In this document: positions 1-9,718 of the stretch, piece after piece
Layout: every line of letters starts with the position of its first letter
Position numbering within the stretch: position 1 is the first letter of the stretch
Assembly: GCA_031374905.1 (NCBI GenBank)
Contig: JANMGZ010000665.1
Location: 1 to 44,040 of the forward strand
Source: Dolichospermum sp. OTE_70_metabat_362_sub
Lineage (GTDB): Bacteria > Cyanobacteriota > Cyanobacteriia > Cyanobacteriales > Nostocaceae
Direction of reading: 5' to 3'
Length of the DNA stretch: 44,040 bases
Notes under the pieces: generated by a model
Seen by the model: the letters and a program-made list of their open reading frames with translations, nothing else
What the model was told of the DNA's origin: nothing
The model's database searches: none
Position numbers and translations under genes: made by a program

Positions 1-1
1 T

Positions 2-886
2 AATGCAACAAATGGCAATTCTTACACTACAATCGAATCAGCAGGTAATACCAAACTAGTCAAAGATACGACTAACAAATACTTTACCCAAATCGGAACA
101 GCTAACCCAATTGCCATTAAAAATGGTGGACAACAAATCTACCAAGATATCTACGGTGGATGGCAAACTATCGCCGCAGAAACTATCAATGGAGATAACC
201 AACTCCTCTGGAAAAATGTTAACGGAAACTACCTGCACATCTGGCATTTAGATAGTAACTGGAATTGGGTTTCTTCTGAAGGGCAATGGGCATTTAATTC
301 TTCTGAAGCTTTAACTCAAGAAACTAAGTTTGGCATAGATGCTAATGGAGATGGCACAATTGGTAATCCTTCTAGTCTGACTCTAACAGGTGCTAGTGGT
401 AACGATATCCTCGTCGGTGGTGCAAATAACGATATCCTCACGGGTGCGGGTGGTAAAGATACTCTAATTGGCGGTTTAGGTAGCGACAAGTTTGTTTACC
501 AAAATCTCACTGATTCTCTTTTAGCTAACTTTGATGTAATTACTGATTTCAACGCTACTACAGGCAATGATCTATTCCGTGTTTCTACCGCACGAGCCGG
601 ATTTGTAGATGTGGGAACAGTAAATACTCTGGATGCCGCAGGTATTGGAGCAAAATTAACAGCCGCGGCTTTTGGGTCAAATTTTGCTGCTCAGTTCAGC
701 TTTGGACAAAAAACCTTTATCGCCATTAATGATGCAACAGCAGGGTTTAATGCTTCTACTGATAGCATAATTGAAGTAACCGGATTTACGGGAATATTTA
801 GCATTAATGAGTTATCTGCTCGTGAAAAAACCATCACAACCATTTACATTCTTAAAAACTGGCATATTACCCAGATCAATTGGTAG
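2..886 (+). CDS. C-terminal part of a large secreted/surface protein: Trp-rich repeat region, RTX-type Ca-binding GGxGxD repeats and a bluetail-like C-terminal domain (5' end outside the window)
   Basis: Frame 2 is open from base 2 into the 611..886 ORF. It reads ...GWQTIAAETINGDNQLLWKN...LHIWHLDSNWNW...GASGNDILVGGANNDILTGAGGKDTLIGGLGSDKFVY...TFIAINDATAGFNASTDSIIEVTG. Confidence 0.75.
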   Translation, partial: NATNGNSYTTIESAGNTKLVKDTTNKYFTQIGTANPIAIKNGGQQIYQDIYGGWQTIAAETINGDNQLLWKNVNGNYLHIWHLDSNWNWVSSEGQWAFNSSEALTQETKFGIDANGDGTIGNPSSLTLTGASGNDILVGGANNDILTGAGGKDTLIGGLGSDKFVYQNLTDSLLANFDVITDFNATTGNDLFRVSTARAGFVDVGTVNTLDAAGIGAKLTAAAFGSNFAAQFSFGQKTFIAINDATAGFNASTDSIIEVTGFTGIFSINELSAREKTITTIYILKNWHITQINW

Positions 887-1646
887 AACATTCCAAAAAA
901 TTTTTAGTGACATATCTCCGAATACAGATCAAGAATTTATCAAAAAATATCAAATATCCAGACAGCGGACAACTATAGCTGTAAAATTCTTATTATTGCT
1001 GATTATTATTCCCCTGCTAACTCATCAACTATCTAAGCAGATATTTATCATTCCCATAGTAGAAAGCATGAGAAATAATAACTTTCAGGAAATTTTCCTA
1101 AATCAGGACATGGAGGAGAAAGCCTTTCATGAATTAAAAATCTTCACAGCAGAATTAAAGTTCAAAAATTTACTAGATTCAGAACCCAAAATTTCTCAAG
1201 AAAATATAGAATCCAAAATTAAACAAAAGGCCATAGAATTAGCAGCGGAATTTCGAGATAAAAGTGCCAATGCTATTAGTAATATATTTGCTGATATTAT
1301 AGCATTAATTGCCTTTGCATTAGTAATTATTTTTAGTATAAAAGATATTATTTCTTTGCAACACTTCTTAGATCAAATTGTTTATGGTTTAAGCGATAGT
1401 GCTAAAGCTTTTTTAATTATTTTATGTACAGATGTGTTTGTCGGTTTTCACTCACCACATGGGTGGGAAATACTTCTGGAAGGATTTACAGCACATTTAG
1501 GTTTACCAGCAAGTAGAAATTATATATTTATCTTTATTGCCACATTTCCTGTAATTTTAGACACCATAGTTAAATATTGGATATTCCGCTATCTTAGTCG
1601 TTTGTCACCTTCAGCATTAGCCACCCTCAAAGAAATGGATGATTAA
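807..1646 (+). CDS. pxcA: Proton extrusion protein PxcA / CemA family, short form (possibly N-terminally truncated)
   Basis: Motifs TGILPRSIGRT, YGLSDSAKAFLIIL.TDVFVGFHSPHGWE and FIATFPVILDT..KYWIFRYL.RLSPS. Confidence 0.88.
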   Translation: MSYLLVKKPSQPFTFLKTGILPRSIGRTFQKIFSDISPNTDQEFIKKYQISRQRTTIAVKFLLLLIIIPLLTHQLSKQIFIIPIVESMRNNNFQEIFLNQDMEEKAFHELKIFTAELKFKNLLDSEPKISQENIESKIKQKAIELAAEFRDKSANAISNIFADIIALIAFALVIIFSIKDIISLQHFLDQIVYGLSDSAKAFLIILCTDVFVGFHSPHGWEILLEGFTAHLGLPASRNYIFIFIATFPVILDTIVKYWIFRYLSRLSPSALATLKEMDD

Positions 1647-1753
1647 TCCTCTTATATGAGTTATCATAATCCACCTAATTGGGCATATTGTCCATTGTTA
1701 ATACTTCTGATAATGCTAGAATGAGCGGTGATCATTATTTGTTTTCATGAATT

Positions 1754-3004
1754 ATGCGTATCCTCTTTAATCAAAAATTAAAAATCACAGCATTTATTAC
1801 TACTTTATTAGTAATTAGTTTCACTAATAAGCAGCCAATTCAACAACAACAAATAGTTAAAAATTTATCATTGTCCCAAATAGGAAATCCTCCAATTGAA
1901 GTATTTTCAGATAATTCATCTACGCCAAAACCATCTAAATTAACTGTTAAAAATGATGAAAAATCTATATTTTATTCAGTTATCAATGAATGGCAGAAGT
2001 ATCAATATAGTATTGATTCTCATCAAGTATTAAAACCAGGAAAATTACCAAATAATCCCATAAATTTTAATCAAGCAGATTTATTAACCGTACTCACAAA
2101 TACGAGACAATATTTTCAAAAATATTCTACAGAAGATCCTGATATTAAACGTACAGGAATCTTAGTAACTCAAGGAGTTACCGTTAAAGATATTCTGAAA
2201 ACATTAGATTTCATGATTGTCGTCTTAGAAGAAGACATTGCTAACAATCGAACAACTCGGTTACAAGATCCAAATTTTATTAACGCCAATTTTCGCGTGA
2301 TTAAATGGTCTGCTCATAACCCCGAAAATCTCCAGCAAAAACAACTAAGAATTACAAAATATGCTGCTTTTATTCATTCTGGTTCTCGACAAAAAACTGC
2401 TAAATATAATACACCAATATATGCTATTAACGAAGAATTACAACAGGATAAATTTTACACCAATTATACTAAACAAGATGTTTTATCAGGTATTTATGAA
2501 CCTGGAGGTAAAGAATTTGGTAAAGTTAAACCCATCGCTTATTTAACTCGTAAGGGTTTAGAAGCAGCATTAATGCAAGGAACAGTATTAGTTAATTTTA
2601 CCGATGGAAGTAAAGAGTTTTTAAACGTAGATAAAAATAATGGAATGTCTTATATTCGAGGCTTAAAAGCAACTGCACAAAAGCGCTATTGGTATTTTAA
2701 AGAAGTTAATGCAATTAAAGGCTATGGATATAAAATAGATGCCAAAATATCCATTAAACCCGGAGTAACATTTGCCGGAGATGTTCTGAATATTGGGTTA
2801 GGAAGAATAATTGTGATTGAAGACAATCAGAATGGACAGAAACGGTTAAAAATGGGCGTAATTGCTGATACAGGTGGAGCATTTTTGCCTAATCTTTATC
2901 AGCTTGATTTTTTGGCCGGAACTTTTGCTAGTGAACAAGATTTTGAGCAATATATTCAAAAATTACCTGAATATACAAATGCCTATATTTTAGTGAAAAA
3001 ATAA
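1754..3004 (+). CDS. MltA / 3D-domain lytic transglycosylase-like exported protein
   Basis: N-terminal hydrophobic signal, ALMQGT motif and C-terminal 3D-type motif IADTGGAF....QLDFLAG. Confidence 0.65.
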   Translation: MRILFNQKLKITAFITTLLVISFTNKQPIQQQQIVKNLSLSQIGNPPIEVFSDNSSTPKPSKLTVKNDEKSIFYSVINEWQKYQYSIDSHQVLKPGKLPNNPINFNQADLLTVLTNTRQYFQKYSTEDPDIKRTGILVTQGVTVKDILKTLDFMIVVLEEDIANNRTTRLQDPNFINANFRVIKWSAHNPENLQQKQLRITKYAAFIHSGSRQKTAKYNTPIYAINEELQQDKFYTNYTKQDVLSGIYEPGGKEFGKVKPIAYLTRKGLEAALMQGTVLVNFTDGSKEFLNVDKNNGMSYIRGLKATAQKRYWYFKEVNAIKGYGYKIDAKISIKPGVTFAGDVLNIGLGRIIVIEDNQNGQKRLKMGVIADTGGAFLPNLYQLDFLAGTFASEQDFEQYIQKLPEYTNAYILVKK

Positions 3005-3130
3005 GGGAATTGGTAATTGGTAATTGGTAATTGGGAGTAGACGACAAAAGAAAAAATGTTTCTTCTTCTTCTTTCTGAACTCCTGAACTCCTGAACTCCT
3101 GAACTCCTGAACTCCTGACTCCTGACTCCT
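3005..3130. repeat. STRR-type tandem repeats between convergent genes: (GGTAATT)n, then (CTGAACTC)n/(CTGACTC)n
   Basis: Heptamer and octamer arrays read directly from the sequence. Confidence 0.9.
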
Positions 3131-3138
3131 TCTTCTAT

Positions 3139-3846
3139 TTACAATCCTGCAAACCATTCATAACCCTGATCTTCCCAATAACCTTTAGCAATTGATAACT
3201 CACTGGTAAGAGTAACTCGTGTCACCCATTTACTTTGTTTATAACCAAGTTTAATAGGTGAAGCTAACCGTAAAGGCGCACCATTTTCCACAGGCAAAAC
3301 TTCACCATTTTTTTGATAAGCTAATAAAGTTTGAGGGTGTAAAGCTGAAGCTATGTCCCAACTTTCATAATAACCATCTGCTGATTGAAAATAAACATAT
3401 TTCACCTTTGATTTAGGTTGAGAAAGGGCGATAATTTCCCTCAAACGAATGCCACCCCATTGAACAATTGCTGCCCAGCCTTCCACACAAACATGACGGA
3501 TAATCATAGAAGTTAGAGGTAAAGCCTGAATATCAGCGATACTGAAGCTAAGGGGATTATTTACCTCACCATCTATAATTAAACGATATTTTTTTAGATC
3601 AATAATTGGTGTAGATTTAAAGCTATTAACTATTAAATCATTTGGTTGAATTTGACTAGGTAAAAATTCTGGAATTAGCTTTTGTGGCTGAAATATTAAC
3701 TCTTCAAATTTCTGATTTAGAGGTGCAGAAAGTGTTCCTACTAAATCTGCAAATATAGGTGTACCACAACCACCAAGTAATAAACTCATACTTGACAAAC
3801 CAGAGAGTTGTAAAAACTTTCTCCGGCTAAATTCTTGATTATTCAT
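3139..3846 (-). CDS. Molybdopterin-dependent oxidoreductase (sulfite oxidase/MsrP-like), Tat-exported probable lipoprotein
   Basis: SRRKFL twin-arginine motif, LLLGGC lipobox, HVCVEGW Mo-ligand motif and NGAPLRL...KLGYKQSKWV. Start moved to ATG 3846, which follows an AGGAG. Confidence 0.85.
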   Translation of the reverse strand: MNNQEFSRRKFLQLSGLSSMSLLLGGCGTPIFADLVGTLSAPLNQKFEELIFQPQKLIPEFLPSQIQPNDLIVNSFKSTPIIDLKKYRLIIDGEVNNPLSFSIADIQALPLTSMIIRHVCVEGWAAIVQWGGIRLREIIALSQPKSKVKYVYFQSADGYYESWDIASALHPQTLLAYQKNGEVLPVENGAPLRLASPIKLGYKQSKWVTRVTLTSELSIAKGYWEDQGYEWFAGL

Positions 3847-3872
3847 TGTAACTCCTAAATTCTTGCTATTGT

Positions 3873-4466
3873 TTACCAAAACATAGATTCTGTAAGTTCA
3901 TTTCCTCCCACCTTTTGCCCTAACTTCCAATGCAGCCAAACAAATATTAATACCATTGGTACAGAGGCAAAATGGACAATTCTTAATGCTTGCCAACTGC
4001 CAAAAATATCAACTATCCAAGAAAACTGAGCCGATTTGTACATTCCTATGCCTGTAAATATTGCTAATAATAATATAGGAATAATTGCTGTGTAAATAAT
4101 TCGATGCCAAGCATAGTTTAACCGTTGGTTATTTCCGCTTTTCTGTAATGCTTTAAGATCATTCACACCAACAAATCTATTTTTCCAGCGTCGGGTGATA
4201 AAAATATAAATTCCATACCAGAAAAGATTGATAGAAAATATCCACATAGCTGCAAAATGCCAATGTCTACCTCCAGCTAACCAACCACCTAAAGTAAAAA
4301 GAGGAAAAATATGTAATCCATCACGCCCACCAAAAACAGGATTAGCATTGTAAATTTGCAATCCACTGGTGATCATAATAAATAAACTGATGAAATTACA
4401 ATAATGAAAAATTTTTGCCCCAATTGCTTGGGTAGGTAATTTGCGTGATGTTTCAGGATAAGTCAT
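3873..4466 (-). CDS. Cytochrome b/b6-domain membrane protein (Ni/Fe-hydrogenase cyt b/PhsC-like), likely redox partner of the Mo enzyme
   Basis: Four TM helices with heme-ligand His residues (IFHY, RHWHF, IVHF, WLHW). Lies directly upstream of the Mo enzyme. Confidence 0.8.
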   Translation of the reverse strand: MTYPETSRKLPTQAIGAKIFHYCNFISLFIMITSGLQIYNANPVFGGRDGLHIFPLFTLGGWLAGGRHWHFAAMWIFSINLFWYGIYIFITRRWKNRFVGVNDLKALQKSGNNQRLNYAWHRIIYTAIIPILLLAIFTGIGMYKSAQFSWIVDIFGSWQALRIVHFASVPMVLIFVWLHWKLGQKVGGNELTESMFW

Positions 4467-4737
4467 AAATAGAATAGGGTAGATTTAATTGAGTGATCAG
4501 TATTTTAGGGATAATTTACATTGTAATAGTCTCATCACATGACCCCTATTTCAACCGAGTTTTTACGATTACTCCAAAAACATAGTTAAATTAGGAAAGA
4601 AGAGGTAAAAGATCAACTATATTCTCTCCCCAGTTTCCAGTCCCTTCTGCCAATCCTTAGCACGTTTGGGTAATTTAACTGGCAATTTTTAGTTTTTGGA
4701 CTAGAAAACGACGAACTACTAACAACTGTATTTTAAG

Positions 4738-6729
4738 ATGCTGGTTATTTTCAAAAATTTTCGAGATGAATTCGCCTCTGGTGCGTCAAAAGCGATAGCT
4801 TCCCTCGCAGCAAGCATTGCCAATTGGTGGTCAGAGTTTACCCTTCAGACCAAACTTCTAGCAGTCGCCACCCTCATGGTTTCCTTGGTAATGAGTGGCT
4901 TGACTTTCTGGGCTGTAAACACAATTCAGCAAGATGCACGTCTCAATGACACCCGCTTTGGTCGTGATTTAGGATTGCTACTGGCTGCTAATGTAGCCCC
5001 CTTAATTGCCGATCACAATCTGACTGAAGTTGCCCAATTTTCCCAACGTTTTTACAGCACCACGTCTAACGTGCGTTATATGCTATACGCTGATGAAACG
5101 GGGCAAATCTTTTTCGGTCTACCTTTTTGGGAACCAGAGGTAGAAAACTCCCTCACCATTAAACGACGGATTCAACTACCTGAAGATTATCCTGGCAATG
5201 AAGACCAGCCAATGGTTAGGCAACATAACACCCCCGATGGCGCAGTTACCGATGTGTTTGTTCCTCTAGTAGTAGATAACAAATATTTAGGTGTGTTGGC
5301 AGTCGGCATTAACCCTAACCAAACCGCTGTTATCTCTACTAATTTCACCCGTGATGTTACTATTGCCGTCTTTATTACAATTTGGGTAATGGTAATTTTG
5401 GCGGGAGTCATTAATGCTTTAACTATTACTAAACCTATTAAAGAATTATTAGTAGGTGTTAAACAAATTGCTGCTGGTAATTTTAAGCAACGCATAGATA
5501 TACCTCTAAGTGGTGAACTAGGAGAGGTAATTTTCAGCTTTAATGAAATGGCAGAACGGCTAGAACGTTATGAAGAACAAAATGTTGAAGAATTAACCGC
5601 TGAAAAAGCTAAATTAGAAACCTTAGTTTCTACTATTGCTGATGGTGCAGTCTTGATTGATAATAATATGCAAGTAATATTATTTAATCCCACTGCTAAA
5701 CGGATTTTTGGTTGGGAAAGTGTAGAAGTTATTGGTAGTAATATACTGCATCATTTGCCCCATAGTGTGCAAATGGAAATCTCCCGAACTTTGTATGAAA
5801 TGGCAGCAGGTGAATGTGAAAGTGCAGAATTTCGCATCCTATTGAAACAACCTACTCAACGCACAATTCGCATTGTTTTAACCACAGTTCTTAACCTCCA
5901 ACGAGAAAGTATTAAAGGCATAGCTATCACAGTCCAAGACATTAGCCGTGAGGTAGAACTAAATGAAGCAAAAAGCCAATTTATCAGCAATATTTCCCAT
6001 GAATTAAGGACACCCTTATTTAACATCAAAACATATATTGAAACTTTACATGATTATGGCGAAGATTTAGGTATTGATGAACGTAAAGAATTTTTGCAAA
6101 CAGTCAATAATGAAACCGATAGACTCACCCGCTTAGTTAATGATGTTTTAGATTTATCAAAACTTGAATCTGGGCGCAATTACAGTTTTGATAAAGTAGA
6201 TTTACCACAAGCACTAGAACAGACATTAAGAACCTATCAACTTAATGCTAAAGACAAGGGGATTGAACTCTGTCAGGAATTAACGTCTGATTTACCCTTA
6301 GTTCTAGGAAATTATGATTTATTACTGCAAGTTTTTGGTAATTTAATTGGTAATTCTCTCAAATTTACTTTAGGAGGTGGTAAAGTAGTTATCCGTGCTT
6401 ATCAATTAGATGCTAATTCTAATTCTCATCATCATTCTGGTAAGGTTAGAATTGAAATTAGTGATACAGGAATTGGCATAGCACCAGAAGATCAACAGGC
6501 AATTTTTGACCGATTCTTTCGCGTAGAAAACAGAGTTCATACTTTAGAAGGAACAGGTTTAGGTTTGTCAATTGTCAGAAACATTATTGACAGACATCAT
6601 AGTCAAGTTAATTTGGTCAGTGAAGTTGGTATCGGTACTACTTTTTGGTTTGATTTAGAGGTGTTTGAAGAAGAAGTTCCATCAACTGGGGAAATTACTC
6701 CAGAAAACTTGGAAGTAAACAAAGTTTAA
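4738..6729 (+). CDS. nblS: Sensor histidine kinase NblS/Hik33/DspA (2 TM, HAMP, PAS, HisKA, HATPase)
   Basis: WWSEFTLQTKL N-terminus, TIQQDARLNDTRFGRDLGLLLA, H-box SHELRTPL and FFRVENRVHTLEGTGLGL. Confidence 0.93.
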   Translation: MLVIFKNFRDEFASGASKAIASLAASIANWWSEFTLQTKLLAVATLMVSLVMSGLTFWAVNTIQQDARLNDTRFGRDLGLLLAANVAPLIADHNLTEVAQFSQRFYSTTSNVRYMLYADETGQIFFGLPFWEPEVENSLTIKRRIQLPEDYPGNEDQPMVRQHNTPDGAVTDVFVPLVVDNKYLGVLAVGINPNQTAVISTNFTRDVTIAVFITIWVMVILAGVINALTITKPIKELLVGVKQIAAGNFKQRIDIPLSGELGEVIFSFNEMAERLERYEEQNVEELTAEKAKLETLVSTIADGAVLIDNNMQVILFNPTAKRIFGWESVEVIGSNILHHLPHSVQMEISRTLYEMAAGECESAEFRILLKQPTQRTIRIVLTTVLNLQRESIKGIAITVQDISREVELNEAKSQFISNISHELRTPLFNIKTYIETLHDYGEDLGIDERKEFLQTVNNETDRLTRLVNDVLDLSKLESGRNYSFDKVDLPQALEQTLRTYQLNAKDKGIELCQELTSDLPLVLGNYDLLLQVFGNLIGNSLKFTLGGGKVVIRAYQLDANSNSHHHSGKVRIEISDTGIGIAPEDQQAIFDRFFRVENRVHTLEGTGLGLSIVRNIIDRHHSQVNLVSEVGIGTTFWFDLEVFEEEVPSTGEITPENLEVNKV

Positions 6730-6778
6730 GAAGATCACCAGCACTAACAAATTTGGCAGTTTTTACTATTTTGCTATA

Positions 6779-7150
6779 TCAAGAGGTAAACAAGGTTATT
6801 AATAAACAAACTAATAACAAACCTAGTATTAATAACAAAGTTTGATGGCGTTGCATCCAACCATTTAACCTTGTACTCAGCCTATGATAAGAATTCTGTT
6901 TTTGCCGTTCTAATTTACTTTCTTCTAGATTTTGATAGAGTGTACATTGTTGAGCATAGGGATATTGGGGAAAATTACAGGTATGATCAAAGTGATAGCT
7001 ACAACTGTCACATAGAGGATCATTTCCCTGAGCGCGGTGCAAGGGAATACCAGGATGTCCGTAAGCTTTCAGGAGTAACCGACACTGGGGACAAGTAATT
7101 GCTTGACTATCAATAACTTGATGACAACGAGGACAAGAGATAGTAGCCAA
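6779..7150 (-). CDS. Zinc-ribbon domain membrane-anchored protein
   Basis: CPRC, CPQC and CDSC motifs, KAYGHPGIPL, and a C-terminal TM helix. Confidence 0.75.
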   Translation of the reverse strand: MATISCPRCHQVIDSQAITCPQCRLLLKAYGHPGIPLHRAQGNDPLCDSCSYHFDHTCNFPQYPYAQQCTLYQNLEESKLERQKQNSYHRLSTRLNGWMQRHQTLLLILGLLLVCLLITLFTS

Positions 7151-7326
7151 AATGTGAAAGGAACAGATAAGGATACATTTTGATTTTATCTATTATCTCG
7201 ACTAGATCACCCATAAACTGAAATAATAAAATATCCAATTTCTTGAAGAATTTGAGTATCTGATCTTGTGATGTCACTTCAAGACTTATACTTGAATAAT
7301 GATCAGATAATGGAGTTCATAAAGTA

Positions 7327-7860
7327 ATGCCTAAAAAAAATCTCTCTAATTTAATACAAGAAGAAGCGCAAAAATTTACACCTCTTCAAGGTGAACCTAT
7401 AATTGAAATTGCTGCTGAATCAGTTTTAGAAGTAAAAACACCAATTAATGATATTCCTGACTCTACACATAATACTCAGCTAGAGTTAGAAGCAAGTGTT
7501 AAAGAATTACAGCAAATAGTCTTTACATTAAAACAGCAAGAATCTACTCTTAAACAGCAAATTAGTGATTTACAAATAGTTGTTTCTGAAAAGGAAGCAT
7601 TAGCAGAACGGTTAACCAAGGAAGTTTATGAAACGAAACAAACAGCATTACAACTAGCAGATTCTAACTCTCAGTTACTCGAAGAAATCAAAGTTTTAAA
7701 ACAACCTTATCAACAATCTAGTCCACAACCTAGTACCCAATCTAGTCAAATTTCCAAATCCATTCAATACAAAAAATCCCATAGATCCATAGAACGACTT
7801 CAGGAAAAGCCTAGTCAAGATAGTGAAGATTTTTCCAAAAACACTTGGTTATATGATTGA
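7327..7860 (+). CDS. Hypothetical coiled-coil protein
   Basis: 177-aa ORF rich in E/Q/L heptads, ending in TWLYD. Confidence 0.7.
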   Translation: MPKKNLSNLIQEEAQKFTPLQGEPIIEIAAESVLEVKTPINDIPDSTHNTQLELEASVKELQQIVFTLKQQESTLKQQISDLQIVVSEKEALAERLTKEVYETKQTALQLADSNSQLLEEIKVLKQPYQQSSPQPSTQSSQISKSIQYKKSHRSIERLQEKPSQDSEDFSKNTWLYD

Positions 7861-7872
7861 AGTTAAGAATTT

Positions 7873-7905
7873 AGATCCCCGACTTCTTCAAGAAGTCGGG
7901 GATCT
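7873..7905. repeat. Palindromic dispersed repeat AGATCCCCGACTTCT-N3-AGAAGTCGGGGATCT (possible bidirectional terminator)
   Basis: Perfect inverted repeat between convergent genes. A second copy lies at 20319..20353. Confidence 0.85.
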
Positions 7906-7924
7906 TGTTGCTATTGTTGCTCGA

Positions 7925-8812
7925 TTAATTCCGAAATTCTAATATATATTCAGCGACAATTTGTGGTTGTTCCAAGTGGGGAATATGACCACAATCTTTA
8001 ATCCAAATTAGTTTACTTTTATTAATAGCTTTGGCAAACTTTGCAGCATCCCCAGTTCCCAAAATTTTATCACTATCTCCCCATAAAATTAAAGTTGATT
8101 GTTCAATTTGGGCAAGTTGGGGAAATTTAAACGCACCATAACCGCCACTTTTGGTAAAAGCAATTAAAGCTTGAGTCCAATTAGGCATTTGTAAGTGTAA
8201 CTCTCCGCAACACAAAGCATCCTCGGAGATTAGATCAGGGTTTTTATATGCAGTTCGACAAATGCTTTTTCGCACCTTGGGATTGCGTAAAAATTCCGTT
8301 GCCCAATAATCCAAAGGTGGAAATATATATTTAGCTAACGGCGAATTTCCCTTTAACCCGGCGCTATCCATTAATACCAATTGTTTTACTGCTTCTGGAT
8401 AAGTGAGGGTAAAATCTATAGCCGCAGCACCACCCATTGACGCACCCACCAAAATCACAGGCCGATTAATCAGAGTTTGCCAAAAAGAGTAAAGATGGGT
8501 TTTAATTGCTTCCGCACTATAAGCAATCCCCGGTAATCTATCTGTAAAACCAAATCCTAATAAATCTACTGCCCAGACTTCATTTATTTCCGCAAGCAAA
8601 GGCAAAAGTCGCCGATATTCTAGTACCGAACTATCAAAACCGTGAATTAATAAAATCGGTATACCACCCTGACCTTTTTGAACATAAGTGGTATTAATGG
8701 GTTGATTGCTTAAAGGCTTAGAAATCGCCTGACTTTGGATATTTTCAGCCAAAGCGATAGATGTTGATTCTGTCAATTGCCCAACTGCGGCAGGAAGAAA
8801 ACTTGGAAACAT
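7925..8812 (-). CDS. Alpha/beta-fold hydrolase
   Basis: HGFDSS, GASMGG nucleophile elbow, WGDSD and CGHIPHLE. Confidence 0.9.
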   Translation of the reverse strand: MFPSFLPAAVGQLTESTSIALAENIQSQAISKPLSNQPINTTYVQKGQGGIPILLIHGFDSSVLEYRRLLPLLAEINEVWAVDLLGFGFTDRLPGIAYSAEAIKTHLYSFWQTLINRPVILVGASMGGAAAIDFTLTYPEAVKQLVLMDSAGLKGNSPLAKYIFPPLDYWATEFLRNPKVRKSICRTAYKNPDLISEDALCCGELHLQMPNWTQALIAFTKSGGYGAFKFPQLAQIEQSTLILWGDSDKILGTGDAAKFAKAINKSKLIWIKDCGHIPHLEQPQIVAEYILEFRN

Positions 8813-8969
8813 AATCCTTTATTTACATCAGTTCAGTTTACATCAGCGCGCTCCACCTCAAGCAATACCCAGTAACTAATTAGAAAAGAAAATTTCCCCA
8901 AAAATTAAAATAGGTACACAATCCTCGTAAAATAAGAATCACTTATCCCTAACGTAGGAGATTCAAGCC

Positions 8970-9281
8970 ATGCCAATGGCAGTTGGCGCAATTGAAACAT
9001 TAGGTTTTCCGGCAGTTTTAGCATCAGCAGACGCAATGGTTAAAGCTGCTAGTGTCACGATTGTTTACTACGGTATCGCGGAAAGTGGTCGCATGATAGT
9101 TGCTGTCCGTGGCCACGTTGCGGAAGTGCAAACAGCCGTAGCCGCTGGAATTACCGCTGGTGAAGAAGTTTATGGTGGTGAAGTTATTACCCACTACATT
9201 ATTCCCAACCCCCCGGAAAATGTGGAAACCATCTTACCTATCCACTTCACCTCTAAATCTGAACCTTTCCGTATTTTCTAA
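8970..9281 (+). CDS. ccmK3: Carboxysome shell hexamer protein CcmK3
   Basis: BMC domain (AVGAIETLGFPAVLASADAMVKAA). First gene of the satellite K3-K4 pair. Confidence 0.85.
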   Translation: MPMAVGAIETLGFPAVLASADAMVKAASVTIVYYGIAESGRMIVAVRGHVAEVQTAVAAGITAGEEVYGGEVITHYIIPNPPENVETILPIHFTSKSEPFRIF

Positions 9282-9370
9282 GTAAGTTCGCTGTCAAAAA
9301 ATTGAAGTATCCCTTCATAAAAATAATTTGTAGCAACCGATAACTTTATATTCATAACAGGAGATTAAAA

Positions 9371-9718
9371 ATGTCATCACAGGCAGTTGGATCATTAGAA
9401 ACTAAAGGTTTTCCCGCTGTACTCGCAGCCGCAGACGCAATGGTAAAAGCTGGTCGAGTTACCCTTGTCGGTTATATCAGAGTGGGTAGCGCCCGTTTTA
9501 CAGTCAATATTCGTGGTGACGTTTCCGAAGTCAAAGCCGCTATGGCTGCCGGTGTGGATGCTGTAGAAAAAGTTCATGGTGGTACTCTCGAATCTTGGGT
9601 AATTATTGCTCGTCCTCATGAAAACGTCGAAGCTGTATTGCCAATCGCTTACACCGCAGAGGTTCAACAGTATCGAGAATCGGTAGAAAACCCCATTATC
9701 GGGGCTTCCCGCAGCTAA
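9371..9718 (+). CDS. ccmK4: Carboxysome shell hexamer protein CcmK4
   Basis: BMC domain ([26 protein letters not shown]...GSARF...IARPHENV). Confidence 0.87.
   Translation: MSSQAVGSLETKGFPAVLAAADAMVKAGRVTLVGYIRVGSARFTVNIRGDVSEVKAAMAAGVDAVEKVHGGTLESWVIIARPHENVEAVLPIAYTAEVQQYRESVENPIIGASRS

Noticed and set aside
56-247. 63-aa minus-strand ORF
   Set aside because: Antisense shadow of the surface-protein gene.
8970-9718. Possible novel bacterial microcompartment locus
   Set aside because: The ccmK3-ccmK4 satellite pair is a standard beta-carboxysome feature, and no cargo enzymes or pentamer genes are adjacent.
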